A DNA stretch of 64,000 nucleotides from Lingula anatina (lineage: Eukaryota > Animalia > Brachiopoda): NCBI GenBank assembly GCA_051362555.1, contig CM120641.1:48738401-48802400 (forward strand). The letters run 5' to 3'. Shown here piece after piece: positions 12,879 to 27,600 of the stretch (positions within the stretch are counted from its first letter, which is position 1; every line of letters begins with the position of its first letter). The notes beneath the pieces were generated by a model, which worked only from the letters and a program-made list of their open reading frames with translations, searched no databases and was not told the DNA's origin. The translations under genes were made by a program, and so were the position numbers.

Positions 12879-14413
12879 GCTTTACTGAGTAAAAATAAAC
12901 CGAAGAAGAACTAGTGTTGGAGTTTGGCCGTTAATGAAGACATAAGGGCCAAAAAAATCAGTGTAAAATACTCGATAAAGAAGATTTTGATGGCCTCATC
13001 AATGTCCAATGTCCAAAATCAAGTTCATCGTAATTTGGACAGATTTATCACTTTTCGCTGAAAAAAAAATTGTGACCCTTAAATGATTTAAACCGACATA
13101 CCTAAGCCATTTCATGGACATCAATGATTACGCTTCATTTTGATACAAATAATATTTGCTCCAGAGAAGGTAACAGTCTTTTCTGTATTTGTTTTAAAAC
13201 CAAAGACAAAAAATCTAAAGGAAAAACTACTGGCAATTGTCCCATATATGATGTTACAAACCAGGCAGAAAGCCCTGGGAATACAAAACAGCCACATGAA
13301 AAAAAAAAAAAAAAAACGATAGTATTGGAGCAAAGTAAAAAAGCAAGAAGATTAGGAAATTAACATATCCACGTTTTAATACATGGCCCGCATACAATGT
13401 ACATTTTACTGCAACATGTTAGATTAGTTTTGACGCGCCGAAATTGGTATATAAATATTAACAGTTCGCCGTGAACCGTCTATTGTAATTCGTATTTCAA
13501 AGGAATAAACAGGTGCAAGACCAAGCCGTTTACTCTGCGGGTACGTATATCCGTATTTATTTCAGTTCACTGTAACATAAAGGAATATGAATGAGTTTTG
13601 TGAAATATCGTCACTGACACCTGTACCTGCGGTGTAGTCTTCTTTTAAATACATCACACTAAAACGGGTTCCGTAGCGTTATATATGACGTCATTAGACA
13701 GGCGCAAGCTCAGCAGAGCACCAACTAAGTATTGGGAGTGCGGCTGTGGAAAGCAATTTTTGTAATCGGAATTTTCCTCTTAAATACATGTACAGAAAAG
13801 GCTTTTCTTTCAGTGTTTAGACGCATAATAAACGAAGTGGAGGGGGGGGGGGGGGGACAAAACGCCGATCAATGACTTACACATGCTGGCCAGTCATTTA
13901 GAACTAATTCATTAAATAGAATAAAACATCGATCCCAAATGCTGGGGCGGATCGGAAGAGTCGTAAGTAGGAAAAATTCTCCACCCCCCTTGCCCCCCTC
14001 CAAAAAAAATCACCTTAGCGGGTAAATTCCATACACAGACCCCCTGTAACTCAAAATCTCAGGGAGTTAACGGGTCAACTAAAATGCCATTAGCAGATAA
14101 AAGAGGCTGCTTTAATCCAGTGAGCGTTGTGTTCTATTATCCAATGCATATTGCATCTTGGAGAGAAGAGAAATGACATTTGTTCTCATCAACGTCAGTG
14201 AAACTCTTCCAGCACCTCTATCACAATGCACAATACATTTACTGAACACGTGAAAATCTCGTGAGAGTTGACCATTAACGAGATTACAGGAATTCAATAT
14301 GGTGGATGGGCGGAAGTGAATCATTTAAATCTATTTTATTTTTACGCCCTTATCTGACTCAGGCTTAACTCTTTAAGTTTCATACTATTCAGAAGCAACG
14401 AAGTTTCATCAGG

Positions 14414-15641
14414 ATGCAGACACAAGAAGCTCCTGGAAACGATGGAAGTTTTAGTATCTCCGGTAAGTTGATGGACCGTCAGGGACGCCCCATCTCAAAA
14501 TTGTGCCTTTGTGTCAGATTGTTTATGTTTTCTAAAATAAAATGATCGTCTTTATATATCTGTGAAAGAAGTGGGAATGCATTTTTTACATTTTGTGTGA
14601 CTGCTCTTCATCTCTGATGCTTAAAATGCTGTAATGAACATCTATAGACTTATATTTTCTCTTAAAATCAAAATTTGTGGCAACTGTCGTTCTTATTCTA
14701 TCATTGACTGGGACGGTAACTTGTTGTCATTTCCCAGGAACAAGCGCCCTGAAATGTCACAACTGTCAGACGCAAACTGTCAGTTTATAAATCCATAGCC
14801 CAGACTAGTTTTCAACTTTGATATTTTTTAAACTGAAAACGGCTACCATTGGATTTTTTAAAAGAAAGGTCACTGTACAGTAATGAGTTTGATCTAGCAT
14901 TGATAAAAACATTTATTTAACATCACAGACTAGTTTTGTGTTTCTCTGCAGATCTGAGCCTGGAGGAGCAGGAACTGCTGGAGGATATCCGCAAACGCAA
15001 GCTCCAGCTGCTACAGGAGATCAAGGTCAGTGCTTCCTGTTGCTGCTCAGTCTCTTCCTGAACTCACTCCATTGATTAAGAAACCATTCCCAATGCAACT
15101 ACCAATCTACATAGAAGGATAGTTTCCAAAAGAACGAGTCTTTAGTCTTTTCCTGAACTCACTATACTGTGATGATTAAGATGTTAGCTTAATTTAAGAA
15201 AATGCATTGCTTTTAAGCAAAAAGAAGTTCCTCAAAGAAGATTTAAAAATTTTGATAGACCACTGATGACTTGTTTTCATTATTTGCCATGTATTAAAAT
15301 GGGGTGATTGAGAAGTGTTTACTATGCTGATAAGGTGGAAGGATGCTAGGTTGACTTTTTCAGGATGACTGTTTACTGATAGAAAAATAGTTAAACTTCA
15401 AAAATCTGACTGTGGAAGTCATTGACTAAAAAGGAAATATATATCAGAACTATTAATCATATTAAAATCTGCTATAATTAATTAGATAGAAGTATAGTGC
15501 AATTATGTCCAAAATATATTTACTCACATCATGACGGGAAGTCTAATCTTGAACAAAATTGGTAAAGATATAAAGTAGCTCCTCAGCAAACTAAACTTTA
15601 GAATAATTGGTGGTACCATTCATGATGTATGACTCAGTTGC

Positions 15642-15691
<50 letters not shown>

Positions 15692-18600
15692 AATTTAATG
15701 TGAAATTTGAAATGACCCTGTCAGTCACAGTGAACTATATTCCTGTATATGTAAACTAGACAAAATATAAGTATTCAGTTCTAAAAAAAGTTAATGCAAA
15801 TTTAAAGATTTTTCAGGTTATTGCCATAGAAGCATTTATTTATTTATTTATTTGAATTAAAAATTATTTATTAATGTTATTGGTTATAGAGTCTTTGAAT
15901 ATGAAAGCTAATGAAATTGGATAATTTTTTTTCCTGGAACCAATATAGCAATTTTTAATCAAATTCCATAGATATCAGCCAAGGCCCTTTTCACCAGCTA
16001 GGTTCTAGAATGTTATGCAGCCTACAGGGATTTGATTCATGAATATTTCTGACCTTTAAGTACATTACTTGGTCAGCTTTTGTAATTTTGATTGAATCAT
16101 ATGACATTTACATGGCAGAATTGTTGTAGTGATTGAGGCATTTGTTTTCATCATAACTGCTACAGAATTTCCTTGTTTGGGGTTATAAAAGATTGGCTGT
16201 TGGTTCTTTTCTCTTTGGTTTAACTTTTGCTTTTAAAAACATTTCTGTTGTTAGTTGAAATTGCAAAATAATATGGTATGCATTGATGTTACACAACAGT
16301 CCCTAACCTTGATTTACCATTTGTTCCCTGTTATGTAAACATTATGTCACAGAGATTTGGATTTAGAATTCTTGGACCCTGGACGGTATTTTGATTTATG
16401 GAGGTGTCTGCAGATATGTAGTCTGGCTAACCTCAATAATATGCCCACTTTAAATATTAGTCTTTATTTCTTATGAATTTTGTATTAACATCTGTTATGA
16501 AAAAGGTCAATAAGTTCGAGGGAAAACCTATTCAATCTCTTCCCCCTCAGCTATGTTCCAATCTGGTTATGATATTATTGTTGATTAGATCCACGAAGAC
16601 TGGATATTTAGTGCATTCTGCCAGAGGAATGGCAGGTGGAAATAGTTTGAAATTCTTCTGATACCACATTACTCCATCTCACACTGTCAGTGAATAGAAA
16701 GCTCATATGTGTGTATCCTCCTAATGTACCATACACCTTCTCACTCTCTTCACCAAGGGTCACTTAATATGTACCGCCATGAAGCTATCAGGTGGTAATT
16801 ATCCCCACAATTTTAATGAGTTTTCTAATTATCTTAAATGAGACAGGTTTACATTTTATTCATTTTTATGGGACTTTTATAGTGGTTTAGGAAACCTTGA
16901 TAACAGGAAGTAGTGTTTGATGTGTAATCAGTGGTGGAATGTGTTAGAAGATGTTAAGAAGGGGTGTCTTGGGAAGTGTAGAGGGGGGAGGGGCTGTCAG
17001 TGCTCTGCTGCTTGGTTTGACAGGTCCTGTGGGGTGTAATTATAAGCACATCAGTGGGAAGTGTAATGTGTGGCAGGTGCCCTGACAGAGGGTTTAATAT
17101 GGGAGAAGATTACAGGGTGCTGGGAGACTTGGACTGAGGACTGGTCAGTGGTGGTCAGTAGTGGCGTGAATACAGCCAGAGGCACTCCTTGGCCTGTGGT
17201 CAGCTTTAGGAAGATTACTATGTACTGACCAACTGATCAGGTTTAAGTAGCTTTACCAGCAATATTTGACTGCTATAAGTCTAAGATGTTTGAAGGTAGT
17301 GGAGACATGTTTTTCTCTCTCACTAATGGAATATGCTAGTTGGACAGAGACAAGTGGTTTTGAATGTACTGTAATGATATGCTGTACAGAATGACTGGCA
17401 GAGTTTGGAGACAAAGTTCTTCATGTAGGATTTGATGACAACTAGAAGAAGACGTAGTCTGTTTGTGGTTGGAAGCAAAAATTGCTGTATTCATGGTAGA
17501 TGTAGGATAAAGATCAAGCAAATTTTGACTACACTCTCAGCTGTACGTTGTGCGTTGTGCTTATGAGGATTTCCTGGGAATATTTTTGACAGAGTTAGAT
17601 GTATACACAGCAGAACATATATTATGAAGAAGAACAAATTAAACAGTACTAAGGGCACTTTGGTGTCCAAGAGATCAAATATAGTGACTCTCGCCTCTGT
17701 ATTATACACCTCATTGACGGCCATTTTGAAATCCAAGTGGAATAGTAGAACAGTTTCATTGCCAGCACAGGTGAGTGGCCACTATCATAGTATGGGGTTG
17801 TGGCACAGTGTCATAATGGTATTGGACGTGAAGTTTATAACATCAAGCTCCAGTATATATTGTATTTGTAAACTGACCACTGTACTAGTATGTTCTAATC
17901 CTCTGTTCAGACTGTATTCAGTAATCTGTATAAGTAGTGAATTGAGTCATGATTCAGATAAATTTGGTAGTGTGTACACATTTCTGTAAACTGATTTATC
18001 AAAATCCTGGAAGTGAGGTGGATTTAAAGATGGATTTGGATAACTCCACAACTTATATTGGTGCGCCAAAGTAGTAGAGGTGTGTTTATTACTTGTATAA
18101 AGCAGTGTAAGGTTCCCCAGTGTGAATTCATTGCTAGTAAAGAGCAGGATACTGTATGTAACTTTCCCTGGTGTTGCTGAGATTTTTTTGTGTTGGAGTT
18201 GATGAGCCACATAAAAATAGATGCTTAAGAAAGCCACAGTAGGAAAAATGCACTTAATAGCACATGGTTTCTTTTGGGGTGCATGGGTGATTGTATTAAC
18301 AGGGAGTATTTACCTGGGTTTTTAGATTATGCAGACTGGTTTCGTTAAAAAAGAATAGGAATCAAAAATTTAACAAGTAATATGAATTAAAATATTACAT
18401 ATTTTACAAACAAGAGTGAGAGAGGTATCAGTGTCTTAGGATTTGAGCAGAAAGATAGTCTGTGTATCAGTAGGCATCTCACTTCCCATATGATAACACT
18501 GAGATGTTACATGATAATATGATTTCCTGGCTAAGATTGCTGTAAAATCCATACAGGAATATTTGTAAGTGTTTATGTTGCCAGTATTGTGTAATTAAGC

Positions 18601-21600
18601 TCCTATATGGGGAAAAAAGAACTTAACTGATACATAAACCATAGTGTACATGTAATCAAGCTACTTCTGATTATAATTATTATTATAAAATTACAATCGC
18701 ACAAATAAATAGATAAATATATGATACAGTTTGGTATAGGTAATAAGAAAAAAAAAATCATATGTCAGAATGTGAGCTGCCAGGGAAGATGTGTGCTGTA
18801 GTCCTCCCTCTCCATGGTGTTAATGAAGTGTGTTATGTAATCCACCCCTTCCTGACACTCTGGTATGTCCAGAGTGGGCTGTTTTCATGGCTTGGCTGCT
18901 TAGTTTATTTGCTAAAATTATGAACTGATATCTACACTGCTGAGATATCTGTGATAAGACATGTAATTATGTCCTCCCAGGAATGAATGTCATGTAATGA
19001 GAGATGGGTCTGTGGACACACACAAGCCATGTTGAGATTAATGGCATGGTTCATTGTTCAAGGTGGTCATGTTTAGTAGTTACATGTTGTTTATATGAAA
19101 TTGACAACAGATTAAACATGTATACAACCCCATAAATTATTATTTCATGGTGAGACAATTTAGTCTATAGATATTTATGGATGAAGTGTATAAAAATATG
19201 GCATCAGTAACTAAATGATTGCATCTTTACCTGTTGAAAACATTGTAGGATTATATTGATTACAATATTATTACTAGTAGTTGATGAACACTCAGAATTT
19301 TAAAACAGATAAACATTTTACTACACACAACAAGTCATTTTTGTGGTCCGTGAAATCATATAGGCCAGTGGGTCTCCTGAGCTCTCCTGAGAACAGATCT
19401 GGCAGAAAGATGTTTGTATTAATTACCTGATGTAACAAGCTATGTGATTCTTACGACTAAATTGGTCTTCTATATTGTATGGGTCAGGATGAAGAACATG
19501 CTGTCTTCTGGCTTGTCTAAGAGTATGTAAGTCACACAGTGTTTGAGGGTGAGTTGGTGATTTAGGGTAACCATATACTTAAGCATTGGCATGGAAGTAC
19601 AGAATTTCTGTAAAACAAACTTAGTAATTGAGTTTACTCTTTGCTGTGTTTATTCTTAAGTCTATATCAGATTAAAAACGTCTAGTCAGTCTATCTTGTT
19701 TCCAGCTGAAATTATCTTAAAAAAAAAATGTGAGCACTTGTTAAAAATGGTCTGAATGAAGATAAATGGCAATAGCCCTCAGTTTTAAAATTAAGGTCCT
19801 TAGTTCCCAGGGATGTTGGAGGGAAGTATGAATACCTGGATATTTTATATGTAGATTAGATGGCTAGTTCTGGTCAGTTTCCTTCCTTTGATTACTTTGT
19901 TGGCCCAGGGGACAGGGATTAATGTGTTGACCCAGGGGACAGGATTACTGTGATGACCCCAGGGGACAGGATTACTGTGTTGACCCCAGGGGACAAGGGT
20001 GCTGGGAAAATGTCTGTCCCAGGAATTTTGAGAGGTGTGAACCAGTTGTCTGGTCAGTCTCAACCAGCTCTGGGTAACATCTCTCCTCCACCACATTATC
20101 TCCATTAAACTTTTGATTGTTTTAAAACTGTGGGAAAGATGGGACCAGGTAATTGGTTTTAGTAGCTCTTATATTAACTGCCAAGTAGAGGAGGTATGTC
20201 AAAGACACATCAATTGTTGGGATAAGTAGTTTTTTTTTACTTCATCTATAAACTGTGTCTGCCATACAGAATAATCTGAAATTAAGTAGATATAAGCAGC
20301 AGCCATTACCTTGCCAGTGGCTACTCCTTGTCTACACAACATAGAAATAGATGTTTTATTAATAGGGATGGCATTAGATAATCCATTACCCTGGTAAACT
20401 GGTGAAAAATAGGCCTAGTCTGGACCAAATGGCTACTTCTCAACTTTGAGGCAACTGTATTAACTTTGGAAACTACTTAAAATAATAAAATGAATTTATT
20501 CTGTTAAGCTTGTCGAAGTATGTTGTGATATAACCCCAGAAAATAGTTAAGAGATGAAAAACTATAAACCGCCTGTGCACTACCTGTGGCGCATGTCACG
20601 GCCAGTTGACCAGCAGGCAGGCTAGCGTTATTACAGTGATTGGCTGTGTGGGAGTGACCGTACTGTAGAAGAAGTCAGAAGTTCAGTTCTAAGCCTAGAG
20701 GTATTCTCTGTACTCCTGTGTTGTGTGGGTCTTTAAGACACCTGCCTATGTGCTATAACAATAGGAGAGGCTACAGGCTGCACTGGTTACCTGTAGGGAC
20801 TGGGACAAACTGTGTGTGTGTGTATGTGTCACACTTTCATTATTACTGTAGATACCTGTACACTGACAGCCTGGTCTAATACTGGACCATGAGTCATCTA
20901 CACAATACCTGACCAGTCTTTGTACTGATATATATTGGTAATGATTGTGGTGTATATGTTATGTCAATGTCCTAAGTACCGGACACTATATTGGTGCATT
21001 ATTGACAGTTCATGCAGGGTTCTAGGAATACATGGTGATATAACTGTCATTACTGAGACTTCATTTAGGACAATGTGACGTGTTTATAGGGGTAGCACAG
21101 ATGATATTGGATAATAGAGGGTTTTATAATGGAACCCTATCTTCAGTGTTTTTACTGGTTGATATTAAGCTTCAGTGTGGATAGTGTGTATAATATCAAA
21201 GAATACTTGTCCCTTTCACATTTATAATTGTACTGTTTTACAAGAGAGTAATTTTTGTTTTATTATTTTAGCAACTTAAAGATGAGATTGCAGAGGTGAC
21301 AGCAGAGATGGAGTCCATGGATTTCTCAGAGGACAGGTAGGCTAAATAATATCTTCTGTACTGTTTCTGAAGAGGTGTTCAGTAATACTGACTGCTGGCT
21401 TTGATATGATTCCTTGCAAGAAGTTGACGTTTGAATGTTAACAGTAATTATGATGGTTTCTTCCAGAGCTTCCCTGAAATATGGCTTCCTAACTTTAATT
21501 TTATTGATTATGCCTCTATTTTAAATTCATCATGGTTAAAAGTAACTGACTTCATTGAATTAGGTAAAGAATTAAAATAACTATTTACATATTTCAGTAA

Positions 21601-24600
21601 AAACAATCCGAAGACAAAGCAAATGTCTATCGGCAGGAAAAAATTCAACATGGACCCTAAAAAGGTAAGAAATCTATATTTCAATGTAGAGGTTAAGCCT
21701 TTTATTGTAGATATGTGTAGTACTGTTCTGAATTTGAAACCATGCCAACTGAGATGTGTTTAAGTAGCTAAAATATTTCAGAAAAGAAAATTCATAATAC
21801 TATTCTGTATTCTGTGCTAGAAATGCTTTTGAAAAATGGTAAAACAGAAGTAAAAAAAAGTCACAAAATGACATGCCAAAGTGAAATCTCTCTATAAAGA
21901 TATTTTCTATGTTGTTAAAGTTGAGATACAAACAATAATGTGGCAATTACTAGTGCGCCCAAGACAACTTCCTCCTTAAGATAACCATCTTGTAGACATG
22001 TCAAGGTTCTCTGGTAATACAACATGGTAATTCCATAGCAGTTTTCCTTTGCCAGTAGATAACTACCTCTGCTTGGATAACTATCTTACTTAGTCAGGAA
22101 AACAGGGCAGTTGGAGATCTAGAGAGTAAAAACAAAGTAATTATGGCAGACATTTTGCCCTGTTATACACACAAACATGGGTTTACTGACATAGGGGGAA
22201 ACATTGGGTATGGAGTAATGGCAGTTGACAGCTCTCCTGTGCCAGAGATTAGTCCAGTAAATACACACACACATGCCCCATGTCAGGTAGAGACAGGTAA
22301 GATGACCTCTGGCTCAGTGGTAAGTTAAATAGCAGCTGGCAGGAGGCAGATGTCGGGATGAGAGGAGGAAGCATCTTCCTGAGAGCACCAACTGACTCCA
22401 GATCTCCTTGGGCTCTTACTTCTGATGGGAAGTGACAGTTAGTTATTAAGATGCAATTATGTATGCCAGGTGTGGCTGCTCTGAAGTGCCCATCTCTCTC
22501 TCTCTCTCTGGAGCATGCATCACAATCTTCTACACTTCACAAACTTGGAGGTCCATCCTCACAAACCTTGGAGGTCCATCCTCACAAACTTTGTTTTATA
22601 TTCAGTGACAGGCCATGTCCTCATTTCAACCCACTTGGGATGATGCTGTCGTGAAATAACACCAATCTTGTCAGGCAGGTGGTCTGCTACAGCTAATAAT
22701 TGAGGATCTTTACTAACTGTGTGAAGACACACTCTGCTTATTTCAGAATACACTTTTTGATAGCGCAATTATAGTCATTACACTGTTGAAAATATTGATA
22801 CAATCTTCAAGCACTGGCTGGCAGATTTACTGTGTATATGTTCTATTAGAAATATCAGGGTGGGATTACATCCCTCCCAAGTGACACTGATTCCATCTTG
22901 GACTGGGTTCCCATACCAAGATTGATCTAACAGGATCGATCCATCTCTGAGCGGTTTCTCGCTAAATTGCCTTCAGGTGAAGTGGCATAGATGTCTGGCG
23001 TAACCGACATCTAAGGCGCTGAAGTTGATTGCAATTTAGCTTGATTCTCTTTAGAGATGGAGCGATCCACAGTTGGTATGATAGGGCCTGGGAATGGTCC
23101 CCTGGAGTTGTTTTTATTTGGTGCAGATTCTCCATGTTATCCCACTGCAGGACATGTAATATGAATTCTGTGTACACATGTATTTGATCTCTTCTCCACA
23201 CAATATACCTACAGATAGCTGTGTCCAGGAAGACAGAACACTAATAGACCAGGGATGTTTACCTAGAGGAGATATTATCAACTAGGTGTTAATTTAGACC
23301 CTGGAATACTGCTTCATTTGAGCCTTATTGTTACTAAAGAAGTGTTTGTTTGATAGGGGTTTTAACTTCAGGGTGTTACCTGCTGTAAAATACCCTCACT
23401 GTTTGACATAAGACTGGTATGTTTATCATAAAACTTGAATATTCTTGACACTTATGCCTAATTATTGCAATATATTCAGTTAGCAGCACAAAAAATAAGC
23501 ACCCATCTCATTTATGAAGTTTTAGCTAATTATTATGTATAGAGTAATCTTGCTTAATATTGTCAAGTGAGATCGCTTTGATAGATATTTTATCCTTTAT
23601 TATATCGAATTATCTACCTTTGTGATGTAAGCATAATAGAATAGTGTTAGAAGTAGCTTAGACAGCGAACAATGTTAAAATGTAACATCATAAGAGCTGA
23701 ATAAATTATTATTATTATTTTGAATATTTTAGTACGATATTTATATCATACATACTCTAATAAAAATTAATTGATCTTTTGACAGCTAAGTACTCTCCAT
23801 TGAGTTAAAAGTATTATCCTTTTGTGGAGTCCAGTTTATCATAAAATTGGACCAGTGTGGTAATGATGATATAATAATAATCATCATCATCATCATAATA
23901 ATAAACTTAATTTTAAGAGGATAAACATGTTAAGTGTATATTTATTTTCCACATGGCTCTCTGATATCTGAGATGTAACTCGCCATGTGACTGTCCACTG
24001 TTAACAATGTCATCATTCTCTCCCCCAGGGTATTGAGTACTTGAAAGAGAATGGCTTGCTACAAAACACCCCAGAAGATGTGGCTCAGTTCTTGTACAAA
24101 GGGGAGGGGCTGAATAAGACAGCCATAGGGGAATACCTGGGAGAGAGGTAAGGAACCCTTCTGGATTATACTTAACACTTACAGTCTTAAAGGTCAGTTA
24201 AAGATTAGCAGAACTTACAGGCCTGGAGGTAAATTAGAAATTTACAGAACTTACAGGCCTGGATATCAATTAGACATAAACCGAGTCCTGAAATCAAGTT
24301 GGTAGTTGATTCTGTATGTTATGTACTACACTTGAAAAGAAACCATTTCAAGAATTGTCTTTTCTATGTAATATTTTAATATCACTCACAGAAACTTATC
24401 CCAATGTTTATTTTGTGTTTGTAATAATATATAGGATCTATTTCAATCTTTCCATGTTACAGGAATGACTTCAATGTAAATGTCCTGAAAGCGTTTGTGA
24501 ACCTCCACGAGTTTTCAGACATGATATTGGTCCAGGCCTTGAGGTAAAAATTATACACACTATGTCTATTCTGTACCATATCATAATTGCCAAGATTGAA

Positions 24601-27600
24601 TTTCATTTTACCCATATGATAAACAACATTGGGTTATTCATAATGATGAAATTTTGAAAACTGTTCAATTTCTACACTATACTAGTAACTGAAAGAGTAC
24701 CTGTAATAATTTCCGTAAGAACATGGGGTTACTTTTTGTAGTTGGCTTATCCTTTATTCAACATTTCTGGTTTTTATAATATTTTTCATAATAAATTTTG
24801 AAATAATATGCTCAGTATTCTTGATAATTGCAGGCAGTTTTTGTGGAGTTTCCGTCTTCCTGGAGAAGCACAGAAGATTGACCGCATGATGGAGTGTTTT
24901 GCTGAGCGATACTGTGAGCTGAATCCTGGCGTCTTTCAGACAAATGGTGAGGACTGACTCAGACAGCAAATTATTCAGTCTTTTGATTACTGGGACTACC
25001 TAACTAAGTATATAACTAAACTTCAACACATATATCCAGCATATATCTACAGACATGTACAGTAATATTTATACCATATTATCTAATGAAATTTAGCTAT
25101 TCTCATCATATAATTGCTTCCAAAGGAATGCTTTTACCTTGTTTTTCTCTACAAATCTACCCTGTTCATTAGTGACTTTCATAACTTGTTAAGACATTTC
25201 TCACCTAGCTGTGAAGACTGTCCTGTTATTTCACAGATTCAGGCACAAGCACCTGCTGCACTGTTGTAATTCCATTCCATTCATTAGTATATCAAAGCAG
25301 GATTTACACCTTGTGCTTAGAATGGGTCTTTTTGCCATTCCCGATACCTCCCGTGTGCTATCGTTTGCCATAGTGATTATAATTGGCGTTTTCGTCATTC
25401 CAGACACCTGTTACGTGCTGTTGTTTGCTATAAAGATTCTAATTGGTGTTTTTGACATTCCAGAGACCTGTTACGTGTTGTAGTTTGCTATAAAGATTCT
25501 TATTGGTGTTTTTGTTATTCCAGATACCTGTTATGTGCTGTCGTTTGCTATAATAATGCTGAACACCAGTCTTCACAACCCCAGTGTGAAGGAGAAACCG
25601 TCAGTGGACAGGTTTATTATGATGAACAAAGGAATCAATGACGGCGGGGACCTGCCTCCTGCTCTGCTTACGGTGAGTATGCTGGTTATCCCCCCAGGTT
25701 ATCCCCCCACACCCCACACCCTCCTTCCTACTCTTCAGTTAATCGGGGGGGGGGGGGGGGGGTATCATTTTGGTGGTGCAGTATTTTCTGGTCCACTTTT
25801 TCAAAAATTTTCAATCAATGCCAAGGAAATTTTACTCCAGACCCTAGGATGAACGTGAGCTGTGGAAATTCCTTTCTTCTAGTCTTTGACTTAGTTGGTG
25901 CAAGGGAAATGCACTGCACTTTATTTTTGGTATCCAGATTTTTTTTACAAAAAAACATACAGAAAAGAATATTCATATATTGCCTTGTTTCATTTTCAGA
26001 GCTTATATGAGAGTATAAAGAAAGAACCATTCAAAATTCCTGAAGATGATGGCAATGATCTGATGCACACTTTCTTCAACCCCGACAAGGAAGGTTGGCT
26101 GTGGAAGCAAGGTAAGGAGTCAGCCTCTCGGCACATGGCAAGTCTCTCTGGACAATTGACCAGTCTTAGTAGAGATGTTTTAATACTGGCTTTGTGTCAC
26201 AGATTGAGTACTATGTTGTAATACACCATGTTGTAATGCACTATTTTCAATAGATATTTGTAATGAAGCCTCAAAAATTGTCATAATCAATGTCAAATGT
26301 ACTAGTCTTGTTTCCTCATGAATCTATATGTAAAATAAGAAGTAATAATAGTACTGTTTATGAATACTGTATTGGTTGGTTTAGATGTGTTGTAATTTAT
26401 CAGTATTACTCCATGCACCTAATGCTAGATGCAGTGCTGTGCAGTGCATATGTTAAAGTTCTGGGATGGCAAGTGTGGGCAGTGTACATAGCATGCTTGT
26501 TCACTGGTCTGCTCAGCATTATCTGTAGTTACAGACCACACCAGAAACTGACCTCTTTAATCTGAACGGGATTGTTGTCCCTGATAGCTTTGCTGGTTAG
26601 AGAGAGCAGTTTCTGAAAGTGTCTGAAACTCTGTTGCTGACACCTGACGATTCTCCTGTTAAACCATGTTTATAGAGAATGACCCAAGTACAATATCTTC
26701 TGTTATACTGGCATGCATTTCATGTCATCAGTTTTACTCAGTTATCTTGTCCGAATCTTTAAGTCACAAATCAGACTTGGGTTTTTTTGTGACTTGTATT
26801 TTTCCAGTACTCAGCATATATATGGCTAACCTGTGTAATACTCCTATCTCAGTGTGCAGGGTGGATTTCAGGAAAGGACTTGTTTGCCCTCCGTAATATG
26901 TCCTTCTGGGTTGGTCCAACAGAGAATGAGGTCTTATTCCAGTAACATGTTTTACAAAGATATAATAATTCAGGGTTTTTGTATAATAAGATCTTTAATA
27001 TTTGAGCTGGGTGAGATCTATATGCTGTTCTTTTTCATCTAAAAACTTTCTGTTCTGCCCTCTTCAAGTGGTGTGCATGTTTAAATCATATATGTCCCCT
27101 TTTTGTATACGACACAGGATGGCTAAAGAACCCACGATGAATATGAAATATTTGGTTCTTTATCATAACCTTCCTATGGCTGCATGTTCCAATAGACAGT
27201 ATAGGCTGTAGAATATTAACATTTCCCTGTAGTCATCTGCCTGTGTTCATCTTTACAGAATCAATCAGATTCTTATGAAATGAATATTTAGTGACTTGTA
27301 ATGCTACCTTTTTTATCATCCGTCATTTGGTATAGATAGTTGTTGTGGGTAGTTGCAGTTTTTTCCCTGCTGCTCAGAATCTAGTTTACTTTCTTTTTTT
27401 GGTTACATTTTGATTTCAACCTTTCACTTTTAAGCTTCCATTAGCTGAAGATTGAAAAAATTATATCAGTTTAAAAGTAAGAATATAACAAAATAGTTTT
27501 ACAAAGGAAGGCTATTGAAATATATTTTATTTACATTAGCTTGTGATCACAAGAGTAATATTCCTTAAAGCTTGGTTAAATTCTGCCAAAACAAATAATT

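Noticed and set aside
26583-26640. tRNA A-box-like sequence TAGCTTTGCTGGTTAGAG
   Set aside because: No B-box or cloverleaf; cannot support a tRNA or SINE call.
26860-26892. Second possible in-frame 33-nt exon in the cytohesin PH intron
   Set aside because: Weak donor (CC|GTAATA), poor pyrimidine tract and a competing AG 7 nt upstream; much weaker than the 15-nt candidate.
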